Of a stretch of DNA of 64,000 nt, positions 45,732 through 54,766 are shown piece by piece. The position numbers were made by a program, and so were the translations under genes. The stretch is taken from sequence record PP885688.1. The stretch is one strand, 5' to 3'. Positions within the stretch are counted from its first letter, which is position 1, and every line of letters begins with the position of its first letter. Under the pieces are notes generated by a model that did no database searches, was not told the origin of the DNA, and worked only from the letters and a program-made list of their open reading frames with translations.

Positions 45732-46145
45732 TTACTCTTGCGCATCGGCCCAGCCACGCTGCCAAGCCTTGCTCTTGTTGGGGTTGTTCTCCCCACCGGC
45801 GAGCCCGACCTCGAAACCGATGTCGTGGTCGGCCAGTTCTTCTTCGGTACGCTCGCGAGCGTCGAAGGGTTCGATGTCGATGTCCTCAGGGAGATCATGT
45901 CCGAGCTTGATATGCTCCAGGCCTCCCTGCCCCTCCATCTCCATGGTCCAACCATGGATCCATGCGGCGTGGGCGTCTTTGAGCTGCTTCTCGCCACGCA
46001 CTGCAGCTTCGTGGCCGAGGCGCTCGTAGTACTCGTGGATCTGGCCATCGGTCATCCCCTCAAGCTCCGGCGGACACCACTTGCTCTTGACCGTCCTGCC
46101 GACAGACGTCACTTCTGAATCGCTGACCTTCACTACCTTTGTCAT
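45732..46145 (-). CDS. Protein with two ribosome-modulation-factor-like motifs
   Basis: GHEAAVRGE...AWIHGW and GFEVGLAGGE...AWQRGW. Confidence 0.55.
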   Translation of the reverse strand: MTKVVKVSDSEVTSVGRTVKSKWCPPELEGMTDGQIHEYYERLGHEAAVRGEKQLKDAHAAWIHGWTMEMEGQGGLEHIKLGHDLPEDIDIEPFDARERTEEELADHDIGFEVGLAGGENNPNKSKAWQRGWADAQE

Positions 46146-46146
46146 C

Positions 46147-46362
46147 TCACACCTCGTTGCAGTTTTCGCACTCGATCCCGTGATTGATCAGAGCATCGTA
46201 GGTAGCCTGGAGTTGTGTCATGCGATCGGCAGGCTCTTCGGTACCGAGTTTATCGACGGCCTCACCGGCGCATACTAGAAAAGCTTGCGCGTATTTCATC
46301 CCCAGGTCGCACGCGGGGATCTCGTCCAGCTTCCAGAGTGCGAGCAGTGCTTTATGGTCCAT
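46147..46362 (-). CDS. Small putative Zn-binding protein, paralog 1
   Basis: EIPACDLG...FLVC...AVDKL...YDALINHGIECENC. Confidence 0.7.
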   Translation of the reverse strand: MDHKALLALWKLDEIPACDLGMKYAQAFLVCAGEAVDKLGTEEPADRMTQLQATYDALINHGIECENCNEV

Positions 46363-46368
46363 GGAGCC

Positions 46369-46638
46369 TCACTTTACCATCGGAGGGCGATTGAGCCGCG
46401 CCTTGAGCGCCTTGTACTGATGGTCATTCAGCCGCAACTCCACCGATCCAGGTCTGCGCTGTTGGATGGCATACTCCACGATCTGGTGGTCCTCGACGGA
46501 GTTGTGGGCCCTACGCAACATCTCGAAGATCGGCTCCTCGGAGTTGAACCTCATGTGACCCAGACCGCGATTGCCCTCCATGAAAGTCACATGGTAGGTA
46601 CACATCATCTCCGAGTAAAACATCCGGATGATCGGCAT
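46369..46638 (-). CDS. Hypothetical protein (89 aa), probably leaderless
   Basis: TAACAT 6 nt before the ATG. Confidence 0.65.
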   Translation of the reverse strand: MPIIRMFYSEMMCTYHVTFMEGNRGLGHMRFNSEEPIFEMLRRAHNSVEDHQIVEYAIQQRRPGSVELRLNDHQYKALKARLNRPPMVK

Positions 46639-46948
46639 GCGCCAATGTTAGCTCAAAAGCGTAAGAAAGGCGAAAATCTGAGGACCTAGTCCGACACTCT
46701 CGCCGGAACTTCTTGACCAATTCCGCCGGTGGGCAGGCGTAACAGATCTGCCGGTGCCGGACGAGCTCCTCGTAAGCCAGAATGACTGCACCGGCCAGCG
46801 CGGCAGCATTGGCTGGGCCGTCATGTAGTTTATCTACTGCAGCGTACGAGCATTTCAGAAAGTTTTGGGTAAGGGTGTTTCCCTTCGTACAGACCGGGAT
46901 CTCATCAAAGTTGCTCGGCGGGGCTAAGACTTCTTCAAGTAATTGCAT
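46511..46948 (-). CDS. Small putative Zn-binding protein, paralog 2 (frame extends into the next gene)
   Basis: EIPVCTKG...FLKC...AVDKL...YEELVRHRQICYAC. Confidence 0.6.
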   Translation of the reverse strand: MQLLEEVLAPPSNFDEIPVCTKGNTLTQNFLKCSYAAVDKLHDGPANAAALAGAVILAYEELVRHRQICYACPPAELVKKFRRECRTRSSDFRLSYAFELTLAHADHPDVLLGDDVYLPCDFHGGQSRSGSHEVQLRGADLRDVA

Positions 46949-46951
46949 GGC

Positions 46952-47158
46952 CTATCTGAGCGCCTTACAGTCTTCGCAGAACGCGTGATGTTCGACGAGA
47001 ATAGAGTAGCGCCATGAGAACTCCCGGAGCCGATCGGACGCGTCGGAACCAGCAAGCTCGTTGGCGGCGCGTTCAGTACTGTCGAGAAAGTCTCTGACCA
47101 AGGGCTGACCACTCGCGCAGACCGAAACCGGCGCAAGGGTGGTAAGTAAAGCAGACAT
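46952..47158 (-). CDS. Small putative Zn-binding protein, paralog 3
   Basis: VCASG...FL...YSILVEHHAFCEDC. Confidence 0.6.
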   Translation of the reverse strand: MSALLTTLAPVSVCASGQPLVRDFLDSTERAANELAGSDASDRLREFSWRYSILVEHHAFCEDCKALR

Positions 47159-47926
47159 TACGTGGGCTCCTAGACTGATGCGGCTTCGTCGCCGCTGAAC
47201 AACACGACAAAAAGGCGAACGATCAAAAGCAATCGAATCAAGGAGATCAGGGGGTCGCGTGAACCCGATAGTTGCATGATCGAATCTTGTAAAAAGCGGC
47301 CCCTCACTCGGGAGGGGCCAATCTGCCTTGGATCTCTCCGGTTAGGAGAGGCTTCTGCAGTGTGCGTTCTAAGCCGCTTCACTGCAAACTGATAAGCGCG
47401 AACGCTAATGTGTGAGGTAAAGGAATCTGGCTCGGGAACTGGGACCAGCGAGCGCATGGGACCTGGAGGCGGATCAACCATGTGCTCGAAGGTTATGTCC
47501 CAGCCCTCGGGCGGTCTGCCGGTCCAGCCGGGCACAGCAAAGCTGCGGGGATCGACTGCTTCCCTGCCTGATTGCTTACGGCTTGCCTGGGGAGGACGTA
47601 CGGAAGACACCGAGAATTGCTGGCCCAAATCTTCTTGCATGTGCAACTTTCTAAAGGGACTATCCACCGTGGTTGCTGGGGGACAAGTAAAAAGTTATGC
47701 CAGATTTGTGGGTCGCGTCAAAGTAATATCCGTGACAAATATGTGATATCTCGGCGGAAAACTGCTCATTTGTAAAAGTTTAGTCTTGTGGAAACTTTTT
47801 TGAGAGCTGCCACGGACTCGTCCGCTAATCGTTCATGATCCGAACTAACTTCCAACTAAAGTTGTAGGCAGGTAAATCCGGATTGGCCGATCCCCTGCTC
47901 CGGATCAGTCGATCTCCAGCGGGGGC

Positions 47927-48292
47927 TTACAGTTCCCCGCCCCCGGCGAGGAGTTTGGACATACCTTCCATTAGCTCCGCGAGCTTCTGCCGCTGGGTCG
48001 GATCGGCCAGGACCTTCTCCGCTGGCGACGCACGTTGGGCCAGAATCACCGGCAGAGCCACCTCCAGCAGCCCGTTGACGATGTCGGACATAGCAACGGG
48101 CTTCAGCTTCTTGGCCGCCTCCTGAAGGTCGCTGTGGAGCTGCTTCTCACAGCGGAACGACCAGGCCACGAGAACGGGTCGTCGGGTACGTCGAGAGTTT
48201 GCCGAATCGGTGATCTTGCGTATCAGCTCCTCGCCTTGAACCAGATCAGCGAGTGCTGGGCCGGGTTTCGTGAGTTCGAATGGCTTGTCCAT
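47927..48292 (-). CDS. Ribbon-helix-helix (CopG/ParG-like) regulator
   Basis: VAWSFRCEKQLHSDLQEAA...AMSDIVNGLL; TACACT 6 nt before the ATG. Confidence 0.65.
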   Translation of the reverse strand: MDKPFELTKPGPALADLVQGEELIRKITDSANSRRTRRPVLVAWSFRCEKQLHSDLQEAAKKLKPVAMSDIVNGLLEVALPVILAQRASPAEKVLADPTQRQKLAELMEGMSKLLAGGGEL

Positions 48293-48655
48293 GCGGGCAG
48301 TGTACCACCTAGTGCGATGTATGTCGCGCTGTATAGCGGCAGAGGGTTCCACCACCATCGTACACAAATCGAAACGCTAAACCCCTTTCGGGGAGGAGTG
48401 GGCGGCTTGGCGCTATACATCGCGCTATACGTCTGTATTTCATAGGCCCGACTACGACAGAAGTGGTCTAGTGGTATGGAAGTGGTCTTCGCTTTTTAGA
48501 ATGTATAAAATTTGATGGCATCAAACGGCTTATTTGTGGAAAGCCTGTGGGAGGGATGTGGACGCTGTGAATCGCGCCCAGGTTGCCCTCGGTGCGACCG
48601 ATGGCCACCTCAAGTATGTGGTCCTATTTCATTGATAATAGGTGAGTTCGGAAAC

Positions 48656-48862
48656 GGTGCACTTCTGCGTATGAACGCCTAGGCAGGCAGGAGTTTCCAT
48701 CGATCCGGGCTCAATGGATAGAACACGGTGCACTTCCACGTAGAACGGTGCACTTCTGCGTATGAAGCCAAAAGCGCTTTGGTGCACTTCTGCGTATGGA
48801 TCCGTGCACCTCTGCGTAGGCTATATATAGAAGCAGTATTAACATTAGTTTTTTAAACCACT
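48656..48862. repeat. Iteron-type replication origin: 5 direct repeats GTGCACTTCTGCGTA plus AT-rich tract
   Basis: Copies at 48656, 48727, 48747, 48781 and 48803, then CTATATATAG...TTTTTTAAAC, directly downstream of repA. Confidence 0.85.
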
Positions 48863-48887
48863 ATGTGGAGCAGTAGTGGGTGTCGCT

Positions 48888-49913
48888 TCACTCCACCGAC
48901 GAAGACGGTAGGAATTTTCTTTTTGGATGACCAGCGACAAACTCGGTGCCCACTGGGAACGGAACAATCGTAATTCCCTTCCCTGTAACGGTGACATCCA
49001 GCAGACTGAAGGGATGTGGCATCAGCTTGATGATCCGTACTACTTTACGGAAGTTCGCTACCCAGCGATGCGGGTTTTTGTCCTGATCGTCGAACTGCCG
49101 TTTGATCTGTTCCCAGGTGATGAGGGTGTCCGTCTGACCGACGAAGCTGCGGTAGTAGAGGAACAGGGCATAGTCCAGCAGCTGGGGTTGGTCGGCAAAC
49201 TGATCTATGAGGTCGAACGGCACCGGCACCGATTTCTTTGGAGCCAAAAACTGGGCGAAGAACGTGGTACCCAAGCGAGCCATCTCGGCGATCGCGAACA
49301 TCTTCTTCGGTGTGTCCTTGACGACCCACTTCCCTGTTTTCTCGTCGACCGCACCGTTGATCGCCGCCGCCTCCAACAGAGGAGCTTTGATGGTGTGAGT
49401 CACCTCTCTGTCGCCGTCCTTCTTCACGTAGGTGATCGAGATGTTCATGTACGCTAGCCGGATGAACCGGGCCTGGGCGATCTTGTGATTTTTTCCCGAA
49501 CGTTCCCATTTCCCGAAGAGCGCCAGGTACTCATTGACGTCCTTCCAGTCGAGCAGGGTTGACTGGGCCCGCACCCCTTTGTTCGTGATGAAGTGCGCCA
49601 TGTTCCGGTCCTTCCCATACGGGAGGGGGATGTTCTCATCGGTCACAGAGAAGGTGACGGTGACCTTCTCGTTCTTGCCGGTGCGAGCAGTGCGGGTGAC
49701 CGGCTTGGAATCCTTGCGCGGCTTCAGCGGCAGGCCGCAGAGGATGAGGATCTTCGCGAGGTACAGCGCTTCCCCGCTCAGACCCTTGTTCCAGGTAGCC
49801 ATGAGCGTTTCAACCTTCTTCGCGTTGGCCGCTTCCTGCTCTTTGCGCCAGTCGCGATGGCCCGGAAGGATGGCCTGCACATCCTCCGGACTGATCTTGC
49901 TCAGCTCACCCAT
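48888..49913 (-). CDS. repA: Plasmid replication initiator, RepA_C (IncW-like) family
   Basis: LCGLP, IPLPYG..R, VPVPFD, LDYALFLYYRSF, I.WEQIKRQF; adjacent iterons. Confidence 0.8.
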   Translation of the reverse strand: MGELSKISPEDVQAILPGHRDWRKEQEAANAKKVETLMATWNKGLSGEALYLAKILILCGLPLKPRKDSKPVTRTARTGKNEKVTVTFSVTDENIPLPYGKDRNMAHFITNKGVRAQSTLLDWKDVNEYLALFGKWERSGKNHKIAQARFIRLAYMNISITYVKKDGDREVTHTIKAPLLEAAAINGAVDEKTGKWVVKDTPKKMFAIAEMARLGTTFFAQFLAPKKSVPVPFDLIDQFADQPQLLDYALFLYYRSFVGQTDTLITWEQIKRQFDDQDKNPHRWVANFRKVVRIIKLMPHPFSLLDVTVTGKGITIVPFPVGTEFVAGHPKRKFLPSSSVE

Positions 49914-50122
49914 CGGTCAACTTTACTCCACGCATAGAGGTACCTTGCGGACTTTTCAGTCCGTTGCTGGGTGCCAACTTAGGTACTACCTTTAACGGTT
50001 CCTACTTACCCTTGTGCCTGGTCGACACATGGAACGACATCCAGCGCCAGCGATTCCAGGGTTTGATGTGTGACGGCGGACGGTCCTCACAGTGCGGGCA
50101 GACACAGGGGATGCCCAGGTGA

Positions 50123-50716
50123 TTACCGTATCGACGAGCGGTATATAAGCTCCGCGAGGCGGCGGGCAAATTGCCTTGGAGGTAGATCGTATTCAACCGC
50201 AAAAGCCGTTGAAAACTGCTGGAATCTGCCGACGGCAAGGGCAAGGGTTGTTTCGGGGATACCATCTCCAGGAGATTGGAGTTCGGGTTCTTGCGCTTGG
50301 CGAGGGCGGGAAACGCTGCCGTTACTCTTCGGTTTTTGATGGGTGAGGGCTTTAGACTCCGGAGCGCTGACTGCTGACGTGCCATTGATCTGTTCTCTCT
50401 GTTTCCGATAGGCCACGGACGCGGCGGACGTACCCACCACTCCATGCGCTGTCCTGCGATGAATGCCAAGACCTGTCGGGCGATCGAACGTGCGAGGACA
50501 ATCAGGGCATTTATAGGTTGCGGGTTTCGGCGTTGGTGAAGCGAGTGGTGCAGGGGTTGGAGCAGTGCTGCCAGCGGCCAGTTTCTCCGCCTCTTTATTC
50601 TTCAACGCCACAGCTGTGCTGCCGGTGGCCTTGTGAACTTTCCTACGGTGCTTGCCCAGGAGACCTAAGGACTTGAATCCGCCCTTATCACACTCCGGAC
50701 ATTGGAGAGTATTCAC
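50123..50716 (-). CDS. Protein with two classical C2H2 zinc fingers
   Basis: CPECDKGGFKSLGLLGKHRRKVH and YKCPDCPRTFDRPTGLGIHRRTAH. The GTG start at 50716 is uncertain. Confidence 0.7.
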   Translation of the reverse strand: MNTLQCPECDKGGFKSLGLLGKHRRKVHKATGSTAVALKNKEAEKLAAGSTAPTPAPLASPTPKPATYKCPDCPRTFDRPTGLGIHRRTAHGVVGTSAASVAYRKQREQINGTSAVSAPESKALTHQKPKSNGSVSRPRQAQEPELQSPGDGIPETTLALAVGRFQQFSTAFAVEYDLPPRQFARRLAELIYRSSIR

Positions 50717-50779
50717 TATGTAGATCCAGCTTCGTACTAGAAATTCACTTCCAGTTGGAATATTACAACGCTTCAAGTG

Positions 50780-50788
50780 TTATCCACA
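50780..50788 (+). promoter_or_regulatory. Consensus DnaA box TTATCCACA
   Basis: Exact 9-mer in the divergent intergenic region within the replicon block. Confidence 0.45.
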
Positions 50789-50837
50789 AAGGCACGTGGG
50801 TGACTAGCTCGTCAATATCGAGCCTTACACTGGATCT

Positions 50838-51446
50838 ATGGCACCACCACGCACCTGGCTAAGTCGCGCAGAGGAGATACTTGAGGTCCTTCGAAAGATG
50901 AAGTCCTCACAGATCGACCGGCCCGCTATCGAAGAACTTTTTCAGCTGCAGCGCCGAGCCGCAATCACTCTGATGAAGCAGGTCGGTGCTCTCGCCGGTC
51001 GCGGTGAGGAGTTTCTGGTTGGCCGCCGCGAGTTGATCGCGTGGGTCGAGCACACCTTCAAAGCCGAGTCCGCGATCCTTGAGAGAAAGAAGTCGACCGG
51101 CGAAGAACTCTCTCGCAGTCTTCAAGAGGTGCAAGCGGTTCGAGCTGCGCTTCAGCAACAAGGTCGACCGCCGGTGCACTTCCCTCTCGTCGATGACGTG
51201 CTGCGTGCGACGTTCACTTCCCTTCCCTCTTCAGTTCGCGTTGAGCCAGGTCGGATCACAGTCGACTTCCCTGCCGACGAGCCCGAGGCGGCGCTCCCAC
51301 TTCTCTATGAACTGTCGATGGCGATTGCGAACGACTTCAGTGGGTTGCGCGAAATCTGCAACGTGACTCTCTCCACCGATGAGCTTCTCTCCGACCTTCA
51401 ACACGGCAAAGAGTCTGCTCTGAATTCCCTCTCATCAACTTTCTAG
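50838..51446 (+). CDS. Hypothetical protein (202 aa), possible N-terminal HTH, leaderless
   Basis: TACACT 6 nt before the ATG. Confidence 0.7.
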   Translation: MAPPRTWLSRAEEILEVLRKMKSSQIDRPAIEELFQLQRRAAITLMKQVGALAGRGEEFLVGRRELIAWVEHTFKAESAILERKKSTGEELSRSLQEVQAVRAALQQQGRPPVHFPLVDDVLRATFTSLPSSVRVEPGRITVDFPADEPEAALPLLYELSMAIANDFSGLREICNVTLSTDELLSDLQHGKESALNSLSSTF

Positions 51447-51481
51447 AAAAAAGTCTAGAAATCTAGATTATTTTCTAGAAA
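51441..51481. repeat. Cluster of four TCTAGA palindromes upstream of parA (putative centromere/operator)
   Basis: TCTAGA at 51442, 51454, 51462 and 51474 in an AT-rich tract. Confidence 0.65.
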
Positions 51482-51540
51482 ACAGTGGGTACCTCCTGAG
51501 CCACTTACGGGCGTAAGGCGGATCACCTAGTCTTGCGATC

Positions 51541-52206
51541 ATGGCAACCGTTATATGCGTCGCAACACAGAAGGGTGGCACGGGGAAATCCTCTACGGCC
51601 ATCAATGTAGCGTGCGCTCTGGAAGTCGCTGGATACCGCGTGATTGTTATTGATACGGATCCACAGGCGACCTTCTCGAAGTGGCACAAGAAACGTAAAA
51701 AGATAGGCCTAAACGGGTTCAAAGTTCTTGCGATCCCTAAGGGTCTACTGGATGACGAAATTCAGATCCTCCGGGATGATGAGAAGATCGACATCGTCCT
51801 TGTCGACTGTCCGGGCAACATCGAAGACATCACATCGACTGCCGTGAAGCTCTCCGATGCAGTGTTATCGCCGCTCAGGCCGTCTTCTATGGACATGTCG
51901 CACTCAGCGGACACCGTGCGGTTCATCAAGGAGATGCGCAGCTCCTATCCAGAGCTGCGATTCTTCCTCTTCCTGAACGCATCCATGCCGCGTTGGAACA
52001 TCTCACGCGACATGATTCCTGCAGTGCGTGACATGGTCAAAAACGAGCCTAAAACCGTGGTTTTGGACGCTAAGATCCCCCACGCCGTCGCTGTCGCTGA
52101 GTTCTTCGGCTCAGGTCAGTCGATCTTTGAGTACGCACCGAAGTCGGCTGCAGCATCCGCTTACAAAAAACTTACCAAGGAGATGATTCAATGCCTCCAA
52201 AACTAG
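51541..52206 (+). CDS. parA: ParA partition ATPase (type Ib)
   Basis: VATQKGGTGKSSTAIN, IDTDPQ, LVDCPG, SDAVLSP; no N-terminal HTH. Confidence 0.92.
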   Translation: MATVICVATQKGGTGKSSTAINVACALEVAGYRVIVIDTDPQATFSKWHKKRKKIGLNGFKVLAIPKGLLDDEIQILRDDEKIDIVLVDCPGNIEDITSTAVKLSDAVLSPLRPSSMDMSHSADTVRFIKEMRSSYPELRFFLFLNASMPRWNISRDMIPAVRDMVKNEPKTVVLDAKIPHAVAVAEFFGSGQSIFEYAPKSAAASAYKKLTKEMIQCLQN

Positions 52207-52586
52207 ATATTCGCGAGCAGGGAAGGGAAGAGGCGGAGGAACTGGATATCCCCGTGGTCCGTAACCTCGTCGGTAGCAACCGATCGTCAACACCAGCACC
52301 AGTAACGGCTTCGGCGGCTGCACCCGTAGAGGCATCAGCAGCTGTGGGTCCGCAGGCCGTCACGGAGGCGGTAAGGCCGCGCAACACCAAGAGGCCGGTC
52401 GACAAGCTGGCCAAGTTCGGGGTGGACTTTGAGGAGTACGAGCCGCTCAACGTACGTCTCCATAAGTGGGTCCATCGCGCATTGAACGAACGCATTTTGG
52501 AGATGAAGAAGACCAGAAAGATCAAGAAAGAGGAGATCGTCGAGCAGGCAATCATCCAACTTCTCGATCTGGTACCGCCAGAGTAG
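52191..52586 (+). CDS. ParG-like RHH centromere-binding partner
   Basis: Overlaps the parA stop; disordered N-terminus, then PLNVRLHKWVHRAL...KKEEIVEQAIIQLL. Confidence 0.7.
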   Translation: MPPKLDIREQGREEAEELDIPVVRNLVGSNRSSTPAPVTASAAAPVEASAAVGPQAVTEAVRPRNTKRPVDKLAKFGVDFEEYEPLNVRLHKWVHRALNERILEMKKTRKIKKEEIVEQAIIQLLDLVPPE

Positions 52587-52659
52587 GTGTGCGGTATGTG
52601 TGCGGTATCCCGGCCACGCTAACCAACGACTGGATTAGCCCGAAGTACCTGAGCCACAA

Positions 52660-52700
52660 AGAGAACCGCCCCATGAGAAGTCTCATGAGGCGGTTTCCTA
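52660..52700. terminator. Long hairpin between convergent genes
   Basis: GAACCGCCCCATGAGA-AG-TCTCATGAGGCGGTTTC. Confidence 0.6.
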
Positions 52701-52776
52701 TTGGATGGCCGACGCTGGTAGCTCCCAGCCATTTGACCGCCATTTTTTAGTCAGGGGCGGCACCATCCAAAGCTTG

Positions 52777-54639
52777 TTACTGGACCGTCTCCTCGATCCG
52801 GTTCTCCTCGTCGAGCGTGCCTTCAAACTGCGCCGTCTTCGGCTTCGGAATCGGATCGATCTCCTCCACCTTGGCGAACAGTTCGAGACAGCTTTCTTCG
52901 GTCAGTTCAAATTCGAGCTCAGTGAACGCAGGCGCAAGAATCGCAATCGCCTTGGCCAACGGCTCCATCGCTCTCAGCTGATCGAGCACACTCTCGTGTG
53001 TATCGGGGCCGATGACCAATGAGTCCGCGTCCGTGGGATTGAGCCAGTTCTCGGCCAGATCGAAGTACTCACTGAACTTCGGATTCTCGGCCTTGATCTC
53101 GTCGAGCAGGGAAGTGGGCGATGTCAACAGACGGACCAGCTGTTCCTCTTCGAGCTGACAGTATGGCGTCAGCAGCCGCGCCTTATGCGCGGTGAGGCGC
53201 TCTTCGAGGTTGGCGTAGCGCATGTAGAGGTGAGCGAACAGCGGGTTGCCCAGGATCTTCTCCATGATCTTCTCGCCGACATCGACCGAGGTCTCAGCCT
53301 CACCATCCGTCTCGCGGGTGATCGGGAGAATCTCCCCACTCTTGAGACCGGCGACATACTTCTGTGCCGAGATCGATGCATCCGTCAGCTGCTTGAACCG
53401 GCGCTCTTCGAGGCTGAGGCCTGAGAAGCGGATCTGGTTCATGTAGCCGAGGACCTTCATGATCATGTCGGTCTTCTCGATCGGCCACTGCGAGTTGTAG
53501 ATGATCTTGAGGATCTGATCACGCTCGAAGTCGGTGACGTCGATCGCCTTGTCCGCGATGCCGAGGGACTTGAGAATCTTGACTGCGGTGACGCGGAGCT
53601 CAGCCCGGTAGGTGAGCGCACGTTCCAACAGATCCACTTCCATGGCGACGCGCGGTGCATCTTCGCCGTGCCGGTCAGGGTCGTAGAGGGTGTTGGGATC
53701 GTCGAGCAGGACTGTCTCCTGCACGTTGGCCTCTTCCGCGAAGTCTGCGACGAGACCGAGCAGGCCGCCCTTGAGGATGGCAAAGAGAGTCTTCGCGTCC
53801 TGGTTCGGCACACCCTTGCGGTTGAAGTAGTTCGGGTATTCCAGACGGATCAGACCCCAGATGCGATCCTCCGACCAGTTCTCGACCGCGTGTGGTTTGT
53901 ACTGCGGGTAGGTCGAGATCTTCTCGCGAACCTGGTCCTCTTCGACCGGCGACAAGTATCCGTTCCAGTAAAAGAACTTGGGCTCAACCAGCTCGGCCAC
54001 CGTCCACTGCTGTGTGCAGCTCAGATGGTTTACGAACTCGGCAGCAGTCTCGTCCGGCCCGGCGACAGGGACCGTGGCTGACGTGCCCCATCCCAGTGCT
54101 TCCGTGATGGTGTCGATCGGGAGTTCCTTGACCGCACGTGCGGCAGCCTTTTTCAGACCGTTGTGAACGTCTTCCGGATAGTTTTCGAGGAGCTTCAGTG
54201 CGCCGAGGGAATCCTTGCCGCTGACACGCAGCCTGCGATTCGGGAAGAGCTCGTCGAGAGCTTCGATGATCGCAAACGCGCGAAGGACCTTGATCAGGTA
54301 GCGGCCTTCACCCAACATTTCGGCGTACTGCTGGAGACCTGCGAAGGATCCGGTGAAGGTACCGTCTGCGGTCTGAACCTGAACGCCCTGGCGAGCGTCG
54401 CCGCCGAACATGCTCTTCTTCTGGATGACGAAGAGGTTTTCAATCTTCTCAAAGCGGGGGTCGTGAACGATCTCCCACGTGGGTCCCAGTGTGTCGACTA
54501 GGCCTTTGGGCCCGAACAGGATCTGGTTGAGCACCTGGCAGTACTCGAAGTGGTCGGCATCGACTTCGCCGTCCGCCTGCTGATAGACGCGCTTACCGCC
54601 GTCCAGCAGACCCATAAGACTCTTCATTTTATCTTCCAT
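52777..54639 (-). CDS. Hypothetical protein (620 aa)
   Basis: Codon-biased ORF with GAGGA RBS and a class I motif; no motif recognised. Confidence 0.8.
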   Translation of the reverse strand: MEDKMKSLMGLLDGGKRVYQQADGEVDADHFEYCQVLNQILFGPKGLVDTLGPTWEIVHDPRFEKIENLFVIQKKSMFGGDARQGVQVQTADGTFTGSFAGLQQYAEMLGEGRYLIKVLRAFAIIEALDELFPNRRLRVSGKDSLGALKLLENYPEDVHNGLKKAAARAVKELPIDTITEALGWGTSATVPVAGPDETAAEFVNHLSCTQQWTVAELVEPKFFYWNGYLSPVEEDQVREKISTYPQYKPHAVENWSEDRIWGLIRLEYPNYFNRKGVPNQDAKTLFAILKGGLLGLVADFAEEANVQETVLLDDPNTLYDPDRHGEDAPRVAMEVDLLERALTYRAELRVTAVKILKSLGIADKAIDVTDFERDQILKIIYNSQWPIEKTDMIMKVLGYMNQIRFSGLSLEERRFKQLTDASISAQKYVAGLKSGEILPITRETDGEAETSVDVGEKIMEKILGNPLFAHLYMRYANLEERLTAHKARLLTPYCQLEEEQLVRLLTSPTSLLDEIKAENPKFSEYFDLAENWLNPTDADSLVIGPDTHESVLDQLRAMEPLAKAIAILAPAFTELEFELTEESCLELFAKVEEIDPIPKPKTAQFEGTLDEENRIEETVQ

Positions 54640-54680
54640 GTTTCCTCATCAGGCCTCTAACTAAAACGACCAATGAGGGG

Positions 54681-54716
54681 TAATACCCAAGCGAGGTGCC
54701 CGGCAGTGAATATCTC
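54681..54716 (-). promoter_or_regulatory. Class I promoter motif
   Basis: GAGATATTCACT-N16-GGGTATTA. Confidence 0.75.
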
Positions 54717-54738
54717 CGAAAAATAAGTTCCAGACGCA

Positions 54739-54766
54739 AGAAACCCGACCATCTCAGGTCGGGCGC
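54739..54766 (-). terminator. Intrinsic terminator
   Basis: CCCGACC/GGTCGGG stem followed by TTTCTT on the minus strand. Confidence 0.6.

Noticed and set aside
47170-47667. 165-aa ORF in the gap before the RHH gene
   Set aside because: Atypical composition, no RBS or motif, and competing ORFs on both strands. It is probably non-coding or decayed.
48656-48820. Repeat array as a possible CRISPR
   Set aside because: The 15-18 bp repeats have irregular short gaps (start-to-start 71, 20, 34 and 22 bp), no cas genes are present, and the array abuts repA and an AT-rich tract. These are iterons.
52777-54639. 620-aa ORF as the sigma factor or RNAP subunit reading the class I/II motifs
   Set aside because: No sigma region 2/4 or DxDGD motif is recognisable, so it is left as hypothetical.
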